From positions 416,001 through 480,000 of the forward strand of contig OZ219856.1 of NCBI GenBank assembly GCA_964291395.2: DNA of 64,000 nt. The letters are read 5' to 3'. This DNA comes from Alphaproteobacteria bacterium (GTDB lineage Bacteria; Pseudomonadota; Alphaproteobacteria; UBA2966). Below the pieces are notes generated by a model that was given only the letters and a program-made list of their open reading frames with translations, was not told the DNA's origin and searched no databases. A program made the position numbers and the translations under genes. Below are positions 1-9,842 of this stretch, piece after piece. The first letter of the stretch is position 1, and each line of letters begins with the position of its first letter.

Positions 1-84
1 TATCAGGCTTGACCGTCGCCCCAACGAACGCGGATCGGAAGACGACCGGTCGCCCCGCCGAGGCCTGGGTGAGGCTTCGCCGTG

Positions 85-717
85 CTAGGCGAGTGGTTCT
101 TCGACGAGGGGCATCGCCTTCAGCCAGCGTTCGACGTCTTCCTCGTTGTCGAACAGCGTTTCCAGCTCTTCGCGGGCCTCTTCCACGGTCTGCAGCACCG
201 ACTCGACGTTGCTGATGTCGTTACCGGCGAGGCTCGTGGCCAACTCCAGGCGGATGCCGTTGTTGTCGTAGAAATACGCCGACCAGAATCGGCCGCCGAG
301 GGACACGGGACCCACGACGTCGATGCCGCGGCTCTTCACGTGCTCGACCATCCCGTCCAGCTTGTCCGGCGGTACGTGGAAGGCGAGGTGCTGCATGCCG
401 CCCGGCAGGTCCCGGTCGGAACGGTCGAGCCCCTTCGGATACTCGAAGAAGGCCAGCAGGGAATCGTTACCCATACCGAAGAAGTAGTGGCGCAGATCGT
501 CGTAAGGTGGCTGGCCACGATCCGGGGCGTAGGGTACCCGGCGGACATGGAGGAGCTGCATACCCATGACCTCGGTATAGAACTCCATGGTCTCGGCCAT
601 GTCATCGGTGACCAGCGCCAGATGGTCCACGCCGCGCGTGGTCGGTGTCGTCAGCTTCGTACCGGTGAATTTGGCCTTCTTGGGCCTGGCTTTCGGATCA
701 GCGTCAGTGATGGCCAT
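85..717 (-). CDS. VOC/glyoxalase family protein
   Basis: GVDHLAL..., MQHLAFHV and YFYDNNGIRLE metal-binding beta-alpha-beta-beta-beta motifs. Confidence 0.85.
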   Translation of the reverse strand: MAITDADPKARPKKAKFTGTKLTTPTTRGVDHLALVTDDMAETMEFYTEVMGMQLLHVRRVPYAPDRGQPPYDDLRHYFFGMGNDSLLAFFEYPKGLDRSDRDLPGGMQHLAFHVPPDKLDGMVEHVKSRGIDVVGPVSLGGRFWSAYFYDNNGIRLELATSLAGNDISNVESVLQTVEEAREELETLFDNEEDVERWLKAMPLVEEPLA

Positions 718-735
718 CTCTCTTCCTCCCTCGCT

Positions 736-1581
736 TCAAAGGAATTCCTTCACTGCGCGGATCAGCCCGTCCGGATCCTCGCCGCCGACGTTGTGCGCGG
801 TATCGAGTTCCACGAGCGTCACGTTGGCGTTCGCTTCCTTCACCTTCGGCACGGTCTCCTCGGCGAACATGTCCGACCGGGTCCCGCGAACGACGAGGAT
901 GGGGCACCGGATGGCGCCGAGCCGCTCCCACATGTCGGCACCCAGCGGCTCCCGCTTCCCCGTCTCGCGTTGTTTGCGGAACTTCTCGCGGAACACCGTG
1001 TCGCGCTTGATCACGAACCCGCCGTCGACGGGCTTGAGGTAGTTCTCCATGCGGGTGCGGACCGAGGAATCCCGCGGCGAGTGCGGGTCCTGGCCGAAGT
1101 ACTCCAGGGCCGCGTCGACGTCCACGAAGACGTCGGGCACGTCGGCCACGATGTTCATGACCCGCTTGCCGCCCGCCGGAGCGTTGACCGGCGAGGAATC
1201 GACAAGCACCAGCTTCTCGACGTGGTCCGGATGGCCGGCCGTAAAGTAGGTGGAATTGCGCCCCCCCATGGAGTGGCCCATAACGACGGCCTTCGGCCAC
1301 TCGAGGTGATCCAGGAGATTGCGCATGTCGCCGGCGAAATCGTCGAGGCCGTACTTTCCGGTGGGGCTCCACGTGGAGTCGCCGAAGCCGCGCATGTCCA
1401 TGACCGCGACTTCGCGGTCGCTACCGAGCGCGGCGGCGATGTCGATCCAGTCATACGAGAAATAAGAGAGGCCGTGGACGATCAGCATCGGCGTCGCGCC
1501 AGGGCTGCCGAAATGCCGGTAGTGAATGGTTACGTCGTCCGAGTCACAGGTCCCCGTGCGGCGTTCCGGTGTGGTCGACAT
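736..1581 (-). CDS. alpha/beta hydrolase
   Basis: HG, DMRGFGDS, GHSMGG nucleophile elbow and C-terminal AH; start moved to MSTTPER. Confidence 0.85.
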   Translation of the reverse strand: MSTTPERRTGTCDSDDVTIHYRHFGSPGATPMLIVHGLSYFSYDWIDIAAALGSDREVAVMDMRGFGDSTWSPTGKYGLDDFAGDMRNLLDHLEWPKAVVMGHSMGGRNSTYFTAGHPDHVEKLVLVDSSPVNAPAGGKRVMNIVADVPDVFVDVDAALEYFGQDPHSPRDSSVRTRMENYLKPVDGGFVIKRDTVFREKFRKQRETGKREPLGADMWERLGAIRCPILVVRGTRSDMFAEETVPKVKEANANVTLVELDTAHNVGGEDPDGLIRAVKEFL

Positions 1582-1761
1582 GCAATGTCCTCGCCCTCTC
1601 TCGCACCCTCGGCAACAGGATAGAACAGGGAGCGATGGGCCGCAAAGTGATCGCGTCCTGATGACCGTCCGAGTAAGGAGTTGAAGGTGACGATCGAAAA
1701 ACCGCATCCTGCCGGTCGACGCCCAAGGCGCGGGCCTTCGCAGGCTTCTTGACCGAACGTT

Positions 1762-2835
1762 TCAAGGAATGACGCGCTTCTCCCGCAATTCGTCGAACAT
1801 ACGGAGAAACATGTCGCCCGTGTCGACGAATTCGTGGAACCCGAGACGGCGGATCCGGTTGTAATCGGAGATCATGTCGTAGTCGGTGGACAGCATGTAG
1901 TCACCAAAGGGCCAGTGGGCGATGTCTTCGAGCCTGTACGGCATGAGCCCATACTTGGCGACGATCCCCTCCCACAAGGGCTCCTTGTCGCCCATCATCC
2001 GGGCCAGATTGATGGTCTGAACGGGCCCCGCCTCCAGATCGAAGTACGCGGCGATCCTGGGCCACAGGTCCTCCCAACGGAACACGTCGCCGTTGGAGAT
2101 GTTGAAACCCTGGTCCGCGCACTCGGGCGTCGTCGCCAGCCAAGTCATGAACCGGACCAGTAGATCGACGTCCACCGCCTGGACGACGGTACGATAGGCG
2201 CGTTCCTCGCCCGGATAGCGCAGCGGCAGCCCGAGCTCCTTGGAGATGGTTGCGTAGGCGGCGATGAGATTGACGAGGTTGAAGGGCTTGCCCAGCGACC
2301 AGCCGCAGACGATCGGCGGCCGGAGACTCGACCAGGACCAGCTCTTGCCTTCGCTCTCGGATTCCAGAAATTTCTGTTGGCTGACGTAGAAGTTGGGGCC
2401 CATGTGGGTGGGATCGGTCTCGCGCGCCGGGTTGGTCCAGGGACCGAGGTGGGCGCCGTAGTATTTGGTGCCCTGGGCCAGGCAGACGTGGCGCAGCCCC
2501 TTGGCGACGGGTTCGACGACCCGCAGGGGATTGACCAGCAGCGCCGTGTTGGCCGGGTCCTGTTCGGCCCAGGTCGGCCGGTCCGTGTAGCCCGCGAAAA
2601 AGATATGCGTTACATGGCCGAGCCGGCCCAGCTTCGCCTCGCAATCGCCCGGATCGAGCAGATCGACGGAGATGTGTTCCATCCGGGAGGGGTAGTCGGG
2701 GGCGCCGCGCGAAAGTCCGATGACGTCCCAATCTTCGAGCGTGTCCAGATGCCGTATGAGGTTGCCGCCGATGATCCCGGTTGCACCGATCACCAGGGCC
2801 GTTTTTCGTTCAGCCGCTCGGTTCGTCCGGGGCAT
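1762..2835 (-). CDS. PRISE/progesterone 5-beta-reductase-like extended SDR
   Basis: GATGIIG, QGTKYYG, NFYVSQ and FNISNGDVFRW motifs. Confidence 0.85.
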   Translation of the reverse strand: MPRTNRAAERKTALVIGATGIIGGNLIRHLDTLEDWDVIGLSRGAPDYPSRMEHISVDLLDPGDCEAKLGRLGHVTHIFFAGYTDRPTWAEQDPANTALLVNPLRVVEPVAKGLRHVCLAQGTKYYGAHLGPWTNPARETDPTHMGPNFYVSQQKFLESESEGKSWSWSSLRPPIVCGWSLGKPFNLVNLIAAYATISKELGLPLRYPGEERAYRTVVQAVDVDLLVRFMTWLATTPECADQGFNISNGDVFRWEDLWPRIAAYFDLEAGPVQTINLARMMGDKEPLWEGIVAKYGLMPYRLEDIAHWPFGDYMLSTDYDMISDYNRIRRLGFHEFVDTGDMFLRMFDELREKRVIP

Positions 2836-3759
2836 CTACGGAAGCGGGTCCCGTACCGACCGATCGTCGGCATCGCCCCGAATGTCTCCCGTCGCGGCGT
2901 TATTCACGGAAAATCCCCCGGACCAGTCGGGCGGCATGGGGCAGGGGCGGGGGTCGTGCCGGGCGTAGGCGGCGGGCTCGCCGCGCACGATCGTTCCGGT
3001 GTTCGCGCTGCGTTGGGGCAAGTAGGTGTACGGAAAGGCGTCCGCCGCCGTGTACGTGTTGACCAGGAGTGGCCGCCCGCGGTCGGAGCGGTTGGGATCG
3101 GAGCCATGCACCGTGCGACAATTGTGCACCGTGACCGAGCCCGCCGGTCCCATGAGCAGGGGCGCTTCGTCAACCCGCAAGTCCTCGAGGTCCCGGTCCT
3201 GTATGCAGGCCGTCCAGACATTGTCGTCCGTGTAGTGACGGTACACGTCGCCCTTGTGGCTGGCCGGGACGGCGCGGACGGGGCCCTGGTCCGGTCCCAC
3301 GTCTTCCAGCAACGTCCCGATCGAGAGCGGCGAGTAGTTGGTATGCGGATAGAACTGGATGTCCTGGTGCCACTTCACTTCCTGGCCCACACGAGCCCAT
3401 TTGAAGTTCAGCAGCGCGTGGCTGAACCGGACGTCGGGGCCGACGAGGTCGGCCGCGATGTCGGGCAGGACCGACTCGGCCGCGTAGGTCCAGAAATCGG
3501 GGTGGTGCACGTCGGGGCAGTTGAGCCGGAGGAGGCGCGGGTCGTCCGCGGCGTGACCCTTTTCGAGCCAGATCGCCTCGTCCGAGTCCGTCATCGACCG
3601 GGACCGTTCGATGATCTCGTCCACGGCGGCGCGAAGCCGGGACAGCCAGTGATCTTCGATCAGGCCTTCGATCAGAAGGTACCCGTTCTCGAAATAGAAT
3701 TGGCGTTGGGACTGGCTGAGCGCGCGCGGGGGAAGCGCCAGGATGTCGTCGTCGTTCAT
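2836..3759 (-). CDS. phytanoyl-CoA dioxygenase (PhyH) family Fe(II)/2OG dioxygenase
   Basis: FYFENGYL, WHQD, VHGS..N.S...R motifs; abuts the SDR start. Confidence 0.85.
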   Translation of the reverse strand: MNDDDILALPPRALSQSQRQFYFENGYLLIEGLIEDHWLSRLRAAVDEIIERSRSMTDSDEAIWLEKGHAADDPRLLRLNCPDVHHPDFWTYAAESVLPDIAADLVGPDVRFSHALLNFKWARVGQEVKWHQDIQFYPHTNYSPLSIGTLLEDVGPDQGPVRAVPASHKGDVYRHYTDDNVWTACIQDRDLEDLRVDEAPLLMGPAGSVTVHNCRTVHGSDPNRSDRGRPLLVNTYTAADAFPYTYLPQRSANTGTIVRGEPAAYARHDPRPCPMPPDWSGGFSVNNAATGDIRGDADDRSVRDPLP

Positions 3760-3937
3760 GGTTCCGCGAGGATACCATGCGGCCGTATTCGGAAACACCG
3801 AGCCCCTCTCTTGATTGCGTGGGTTCCGTCCCCATAATTGCGAGGTATCGGGGTGATCTCGTTGCCGCCGCCCGGAATGACCGCAAGGAAGCCGACCTCG
3901 GTCCCAACGGGCGCAATACTGACAGGGAGGACTGGGC

Positions 3938-4921
3938 ATGACGCTCGACGGCGAGCTCGCGAAAAGGATGTACTCGAACATGTGGCGCATTCGCCTGTTC
4001 GAGGAGGAAGCGAACCGCCAGACCGGCCTCGGGAACGTGGTCGGCACGCTTCATCTTTATTGCGGCGAGGAGGCGGTCGGCGTGGGCATTTGCGCTCATC
4101 TCGATGACGGCGACTACATCCTGGGCACGCACCGCAGTCACGGGCACTGCCTGGCCAAGGGCGCTCCGATGGACGACATGATGGCGGAGCTTTTCGGCAA
4201 GGAGACGGGCACCTGTTCGGGGAAAGGCGGGTCCATGCACGTGGCCGATCTCTCCAAGAACATCCTGGGCGCCAACGGTATCGTCGCCGGCGGCATCGGC
4301 CCGGCTACCGGGACGGCCATGGCGACGAAAATCCGCGGCACGCACCAGGTGTCGGTCTGCTTCTTCGGCGACGGTGCCGCCGCGCGGGGGCCGTTCCACG
4401 AGGGTATTCTCATGGGTTCCCTTTGGAAACTGCCGGTCGTCTACGTCTGCGAGAACAACGGATACCAGCAGTGGGTGCGGCGCGAGAACGTCGCCGTGGT
4501 GGACTCGGTGGCCACGATGGCGGCTTCCTACGGCATCCCCGGCGTGTCCGTGGACGGCCAGAACATCGTCGAGGTGTACGAGGCGGCAGGGGAGGCCATC
4601 GACCGGGCGCGTCGCGGCGAGGGACCCACGCTCATCGAGGCCAGGACCTACCGCTATTTCGGGCACAGCTTGGGCGACCGCGAGGAGTACCGAACTCGGG
4701 AAGAAGTCGATGAGTGGCGCAACAACCGGGACCCGATCAACATCTTCCGCGAGTACATGTCGGAGCGCCAATGGCTGACCGAGCGGGAGGATGAGGATAT
4801 CCAGGCCGCGGCGAAGGAAGATGTGGCCGCCGCCGTCAAGTTCGCGGATGAGAGCGCCTATCCGCCGCTCGAGGCGGCCTATACCGATGTGTTGGACACG
4901 GAGTGGAGGGTAGACGCATGA
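3938..4921 (+). CDS. TPP-dependent 2-oxoacid/acetoin dehydrogenase E1 alpha
   Basis: THRSHGH, GKGGSMH, GDGA...ENN TPP motif, TYRYFGHS. Confidence 0.9.
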   Translation: MTLDGELAKRMYSNMWRIRLFEEEANRQTGLGNVVGTLHLYCGEEAVGVGICAHLDDGDYILGTHRSHGHCLAKGAPMDDMMAELFGKETGTCSGKGGSMHVADLSKNILGANGIVAGGIGPATGTAMATKIRGTHQVSVCFFGDGAAARGPFHEGILMGSLWKLPVVYVCENNGYQQWVRRENVAVVDSVATMAASYGIPGVSVDGQNIVEVYEAAGEAIDRARRGEGPTLIEARTYRYFGHSLGDREEYRTREEVDEWRNNRDPINIFREYMSERQWLTEREDEDIQAAAKEDVAAAVKFADESAYPPLEAAYTDVLDTEWRVDA

Positions 4922-5889
4922 GCACGCTGACAATACGCGATGCCCTTCACGATGCGATCCACGAGGAAATGGAGCGCGACGAGAGCGTCTTCGTGATCGG
5001 TGAGGACGTCGTGGCGCACGGCGGTCCTTACACGGTGACCGAGGGCATCGCCGAGCGGTTCCCCGACCGGATCTTCGAGACCCCGATCGCCGAGGCTGGA
5101 ATCGTCGGTGTGGGCGTCGGCGCGGCCATGGCGGGCATGCGTCCGGTGGTAGAGATCATGTATCTCGACTTCATCACTTGCGCCATGGACGAGGTCGTCA
5201 ATCAAGCCGCCAAAATGCGCTACATGACGGGCGGTCAGGCCAGTGTCCCGATCGTGATCCGGCTGCCCTGCGGTCTGGGCCGTTACATAGCGGCGCAGCA
5301 CTCCCAGATCATGGAGTCCTGGTTCATGCACGTACCGGGGCTTCAGGTCGTCGTGCCCTCGACGCCGAAGGATGCCAAGGGCTTGCTCAAGACGGCGGTG
5401 CGCAGCCCCGATCCGGTCCTGTTCTTCGAATACAAACGCATCTACACCGCCGAGGGGGAGGTGCCGGAAGAGGAGTATCTGATCCCCTTCGGCGTGGCGG
5501 AGACGAAGCGCGAGGGCGAGGACGTGACGGTCGTGGCGGTCGGCCCGATGGTCGGCAAGGCGCTGGAGGCGGGCGTGATCCTGGAGGACGACGGATACGA
5601 TATCGAAGTTATCGATCCGCGCACGCTGTCGCCGCTCGACACGGAAACGATCCGTGCCTCGGTGGGCAAGACCGGCCGTGCGGTTATCTGCGAAGAGGAT
5701 TCGTCATTCGCCGGAACCGGCGCGGAAATCGCCGCGATGATCGCGGAGAACTGCTTCAAGGATCTGCAGGCACCCGTGGTGCGTGTCGGCATGCCGCACG
5801 TGCCGATGCCCTTCGCGCCGCCTCTCGCGGACAGCGTGGTGCCCCAGGTCGACAGCGTCGTCGACGCCGTCCGTCGCGTCATGGCCTGA
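4918..5889 (+). CDS. 2-oxoacid/acetoin dehydrogenase E1 beta
   Basis: IGEDV, ETPIAE, RPVVEIM and AQHSQ motifs; overlaps the E1 alpha stop. Confidence 0.9.
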   Translation: MSTLTIRDALHDAIHEEMERDESVFVIGEDVVAHGGPYTVTEGIAERFPDRIFETPIAEAGIVGVGVGAAMAGMRPVVEIMYLDFITCAMDEVVNQAAKMRYMTGGQASVPIVIRLPCGLGRYIAAQHSQIMESWFMHVPGLQVVVPSTPKDAKGLLKTAVRSPDPVLFFEYKRIYTAEGEVPEEEYLIPFGVAETKREGEDVTVVAVGPMVGKALEAGVILEDDGYDIEVIDPRTLSPLDTETIRASVGKTGRAVICEEDSSFAGTGAEIAAMIAENCFKDLQAPVVRVGMPHVPMPFAPPLADSVVPQVDSVVDAVRRVMA

Positions 5890-5909
5890 GTGGATCGCGG
5901 ACGGCAGAC

Positions 5910-7061
5910 ATGGCGACACGATTTCGCTTGGCGGCGTTCGGCCACACGATGGAGGTCGGACGCATCGTCGAATGGAAGGTCTCGGAAGGCGACGCGATCA
6001 AGGAAGGCGACGAGATTCTTGCCGTCGAGACGGACAAGGCCGTCGTAGACGTGGAGGCGCCCATCGGCGGCGTTCTGCTGAAGATCGTCGGGCGGACCGA
6101 TCAGGAACTTCCGGTCGGCGCGACGTTGGCGTGGATCGGCGAGGCCGGCGAAGAGGTTCCCGATGAGCCTGAGGAAGCGCCCGCCCCCTCGGTGGCGGAC
6201 GCGCCGCCGAAGGAGCGGGTAACCCCCGTGGCCCGCCGCCTCGCCGAGCGCCACGGCGTCGACGCCGATGCGCTCGAGGGGACCGGGCCGGGCGGCCGCG
6301 TGACAAAGGAAGACGTGCAGAAGGCGGTCGAGTCCGGTACGGCGCCCAGGAAGGAAGACGAGGTGCCGGAAGGCGTGGAGGTCATCCCGCTCGCGGGGCT
6401 TCGCAAGGTCGCGGCGGAACGCCTGACGGCGAATTGGGCGCGGGCGCCCCAGGTGACCGAAGGAATCGAGGTTGATTTCTCGGCCTGCCTGGAGGTCCGG
6501 CGACGCAATCGGGACTCCTGGAGGGAGGAGTTCGGGGTCGAGCCCACGATCAACGACATCGTCCTTCTGGCGACGGCGGCGGCGCTCAAGGACAATCCCG
6601 CGCTCAATGCGGCGTTGGTCGACGGTGCCATCCACCGGTACGCCCGCATCAACCTCAACGTCGCCGTCGACACCGAGGAGGGCCTGACCGTTCCCGTCGT
6701 CAAGGACGCGGGCGAGGCGGGACTCGGGGAGATCGCCAAAGCCGTGGCGGAACTGGCGGAAAAGGCGCGTAACAGGCGGCTGAGCCCCGAAGACCTCGAG
6801 GGGGGGACCTTCACGGTCACCAACCTCGGCGGCATGGGCGTGGACTGGTTCACGCCGGTGCTCAATCCGCCCCAGGCGGCGATCCTGGGCGTGGGACGGG
6901 TGCGCCGCACGCCGGTCGTCGACGGGGACGAGGTGGCCGTGCGCGACCGCGTGACCTTCGTGCTGTCCTTCGATCACCGGGTCGTGGACGGCGCGCCGTG
7001 CGCGCGCTTCCTCGCCCGTCTCAGGGAGCTGATCGAGGATCCGTCCGCCTGGCTCGTTTGA
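5910..7061 (+). CDS. dihydrolipoamide acyltransferase E2
   Basis: lipoyl VETDKA, E3-binding GTGPGGRVTKEDV, catalytic FDHRVVDG. Confidence 0.9.
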   Translation: MATRFRLAAFGHTMEVGRIVEWKVSEGDAIKEGDEILAVETDKAVVDVEAPIGGVLLKIVGRTDQELPVGATLAWIGEAGEEVPDEPEEAPAPSVADAPPKERVTPVARRLAERHGVDADALEGTGPGGRVTKEDVQKAVESGTAPRKEDEVPEGVEVIPLAGLRKVAAERLTANWARAPQVTEGIEVDFSACLEVRRRNRDSWREEFGVEPTINDIVLLATAAALKDNPALNAALVDGAIHRYARINLNVAVDTEEGLTVPVVKDAGEAGLGEIAKAVAELAEKARNRRLSPEDLEGGTFTVTNLGGMGVDWFTPVLNPPQAAILGVGRVRRTPVVDGDEVAVRDRVTFVLSFDHRVVDGAPCARFLARLRELIEDPSAWLV

Positions 7062-7219
7062 GTTCGCTCTTAAACCCTGATGCGGATCGAGGTATGCCGC
7101 TTCGATCGATTGGCGGTTCGGGGTCGGTCGGCCGAGGCGATGAAACCGGACCGATATCGAAACGCCCGACAGCGGTTGGCGGTACCTTGGTCCCTTGGCT
7201 CCAAGCGCCGTCTCCCGGC

Positions 7220-7604
7220 AACCCGGTCGCGGTCCTGCTCTGCTCCATCGCTTGCCGTGCCAGGCAACTATGCCCGAACCGCTTGTTCTCGACTTCGTCG
7301 TCGAACCGGCCGAAGTGGCGTTCCTCGTCCAGGACGAGATCCTCGAACAGCTTCTTGGTAGCGGTATCGGCGTTGGCGCCGCGTTCGACCGCGGTGCGCG
7401 TATCCGTTCGGCGGCCGAGGGATGGGACGCAAGACCGCTCGTTTGTGTCCGCCCCCAAGCACTCTTGATGACCGGCCACCCGGCAGGCGAAGCTGGTTGT
7501 TCCTCGTCCAGGACGAGATCCTCGAACAGCTTCTTGGTAGCGGTATCGGCGTTGGCGCCGCATTCGACCGCGGTGCGCTTGAAGACGCTCGCGAGCAACT
7601 CGAT
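7220..7604 (-). pseudogene. bacterioferritin-like gene remnants (internally deleted, partly duplicated)
   Basis: LLASVFKRTAVE, CGANADTATKKLFEDLVLDEERHF and KRFG..LARQAMEQS fragments in different frames. Confidence 0.6.
7321..7578. repeat. 79-bp direct repeat (7321-7399 and 7500-7578), one mismatch
   Basis: ttcctcgtccaggacgagat...gcggtgcgc read directly in both places. Confidence 0.95.
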
Positions 7605-7629
7605 GCGGACCGCCGTCAGTATGAGGCGA

Positions 7630-8015
7630 TCGGTTTCGAGGATCTGTACAGCGCGATCGATGCCGATGACGTCGACCGGATCGAGCGACTGCTGACGATG
7701 CGCCCGGTTTCGTCAACTCCACCGACGAGGCGCCTCCTCCGATTCACTGGGCAATCTACCGAGACAAACGCGGAGCGGTGGAGGTGCTTCTGAGATCTCG
7801 CGCTGCGGGATCGGGATCGCGATGCAACGCCGCTCGACTATGCGGTCCGAAGGGAATTGATCCCGTTGTTGATCTCGCGTGGCGCCAACCTCGATAGCGG
7901 AGTGCGGGTGGCGCTCAAAGGCGCTTCCGGAGGATTCGAGGAATATGCCGAGTTGCCGGACCGCCGTCAGTATGAGGCGATTGTTGACCTGCTTCGTGAA
8001 CTCGGTTCGCCATGA
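7630..8015 (+). pseudogene. ankyrin-repeat protein remnant
   Basis: LYSAIDADDVDRIERLL, ATPLDYAVRR, ELIPLLISRGA and RRQYEAIVDLLRELG fragments broken by frameshifts; 25-bp duplicate at 7606-7630 and 7957-7981. Confidence 0.55.
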
Positions 8016-8216
8016 CCTCGCTCCCTCCGGCAGGTTCCGCTATGTCAATCCGCAGCAGAGAGACCGCCCCGATGAACGGTCGCCGACTCGTCAATGCGCG
8101 GAGTGCGCCGCCATACCGTCCGCGCCATCGCTCGTCGGCGGCTGAAACCGCGGTAGTGCCGGATCGACGAACGCCTTCGGCCGTGTTACGGCCGCCCGAC
8201 CGTTCACCTGTGTGGC

Positions 8217-9707
8217 TCATTGTCCGGAATTTGGCAAGGACACCGATGATCCAGTCCGCCCGCTCCGCAGCGCATGCGCCATGAGAAGGTGGGCCACGCA
8301 GGCGGTGAGCTTCTTGCCGGTCGGGATGTGCAGGAACTCGTTGGGGCCGTGCGCGTTGGAGCCGGGCCCCAACAGTCCGGTGATCAGAAACTGCGCGTCG
8401 GGGAATTTCTCGCCGAGCATCCCCATGAAGGGAATCGTGCCGCCTTCACCCATGTAGACGGCCGGCTTGCCGAAGTAGGTCATCGACGCGTCGTCCGTCG
8501 CGGCTTCGAGCCAGCCGGCCAGAGGCGGAGCGTCCCAACCGTCGGCCACAGTGTCGAACTCGGCGGTGATCCGGGCACCGTAGGGTGGATCTTCGGTCAG
8601 CGCCTTCTCGAGGTCGACCACGATCTCCGAGGCTCTGGCAGTCGGCGGGATGCGCAGGGACAACGCCAGCGACGTCGTCGGCCGCAGCACGTTTCCGGCA
8701 TCTCCAAGATCCGGCAACCCCGATTGTCCGGTAACGGAGAGCGCCGGCCGCCACGTTCTGTTGAGGATCAGTTCGGCGAGGTCGGACCCGGTCGCCCGCG
8801 CGCCGTCGACGAATGGAAACTTGCGCCAGACCATGTCGCCGAGGTTCTGGGCGGCGACCCCTGCCTGGGTAACCCGCTCGGGCGGGATCTCCACGTTCGC
8901 CGATGCTACCCGGACGGCTCCCGACCCTTCGTCGTCGATTCGCGACAGAAGCTGGCGCGCGATCCGGAAACTGGAAGCCACGATGCCGCTCGCGTCCCCG
9001 CTGTGCACACCCTCGTCGAGGATGTCCACGTGCAATGTTCCGGAGACCAGCCCCCTGAGGGACGTTGTGCTCCAGAGCTGATCGTAATTGCCGCAGCCGG
9101 AATCGAGGCAGACGACGAGGTTCGGGGCTCCGATTCGCTCGGCGAGCGCATCGATGTAGAAGGGGAGGTCATAGCTGCCGCTCTCCTCGCACCCCTCGAT
9201 GAGGATCACGCAGCGGCCGTGCTTGCCGTCGAAGCGGTGGAGGGCCTCGATGGCGGTCAAAGACGCGTAGGCGGCGTAGCCGTCGTCCGCCCCGCCACGG
9301 CCATAGAGTTTGTCGTTTTCGCGAACCGGCTTCCAGGGTCCGAGGCCGTCGCGCCACCCCGACATCTCGGGCTGCTTGTCCAGATGACCGTACAGCAGAA
9401 CCGTCTCCCCGCCGGCATATGGCGCGATGCCGGGGTGTTCCATGTAGATCAGGGGCGTACGGCCTTCGAGCCGGACGACCTCGACTTCGAGATCCTCGAT
9501 CTCGCGCGTCCGACACCACGCCTCGATGTGCGCGACCGCCTCGTCGATGTAGCCGTTGTCCCGCCAGTCGGCGTCGAAGGCAGGGGACTTGGCGGGAATC
9601 TCGATGTAGGTCTCGAGCTCGGGGATGATCTCCCGTTCCCAGGCTTCGTCTACGAATGCGGAGATCCGCGTGTCATCGAGACGGACCTCCGGGATTTCCG
9701 ATGTCAC
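8217..9707 (-). CDS. M20 family metallopeptidase (Dug1/ArgE/DapE-like)
   Basis: YGHLDKQP, GRGGADD, EESGS and AHGPNE motifs; GTG start approximate. Confidence 0.9.
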   Translation of the reverse strand: MTSEIPEVRLDDTRISAFVDEAWEREIIPELETYIEIPAKSPAFDADWRDNGYIDEAVAHIEAWCRTREIEDLEVEVVRLEGRTPLIYMEHPGIAPYAGGETVLLYGHLDKQPEMSGWRDGLGPWKPVRENDKLYGRGGADDGYAAYASLTAIEALHRFDGKHGRCVILIEGCEESGSYDLPFYIDALAERIGAPNLVVCLDSGCGNYDQLWSTTSLRGLVSGTLHVDILDEGVHSGDASGIVASSFRIARQLLSRIDDEGSGAVRVASANVEIPPERVTQAGVAAQNLGDMVWRKFPFVDGARATGSDLAELILNRTWRPALSVTGQSGLPDLGDAGNVLRPTTSLALSLRIPPTARASEIVVDLEKALTEDPPYGARITAEFDTVADGWDAPPLAGWLEAATDDASMTYFGKPAVYMGEGGTIPFMGMLGEKFPDAQFLITGLLGPGSNAHGPNEFLHIPTGKKLTACVAHLLMAHALRSGRTGSSVSLPNSGQ

Positions 9708-9842
9708 GCGGAGTCCTCCACGGCGTTTCCTCGAAGACCCCCACAATACCGCGAACAGGCGCGAGTGGCACGACAGTCCGGGTCCATACGGGCACCATGG
9801 CGGTCCGAGCTCCGCTTCACTCCGACGGCGGGGGAAACCGGC

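Noticed and set aside
82-1623. Long + strand ORF (513 aa) and similar long antisense ORFs (3170-4933, 5442-7598, 8274-10145, 20024-21835, 30661-32748, 53499-55310, 62217-63992)
   Set aside because: Shadow ORFs typical of high-GC DNA, lying opposite genes with clear motifs
7321-7578. 79-bp repeat as a CRISPR array or IS ends
   Set aside because: Only two direct copies, too long, protein-derived, and no cas genes
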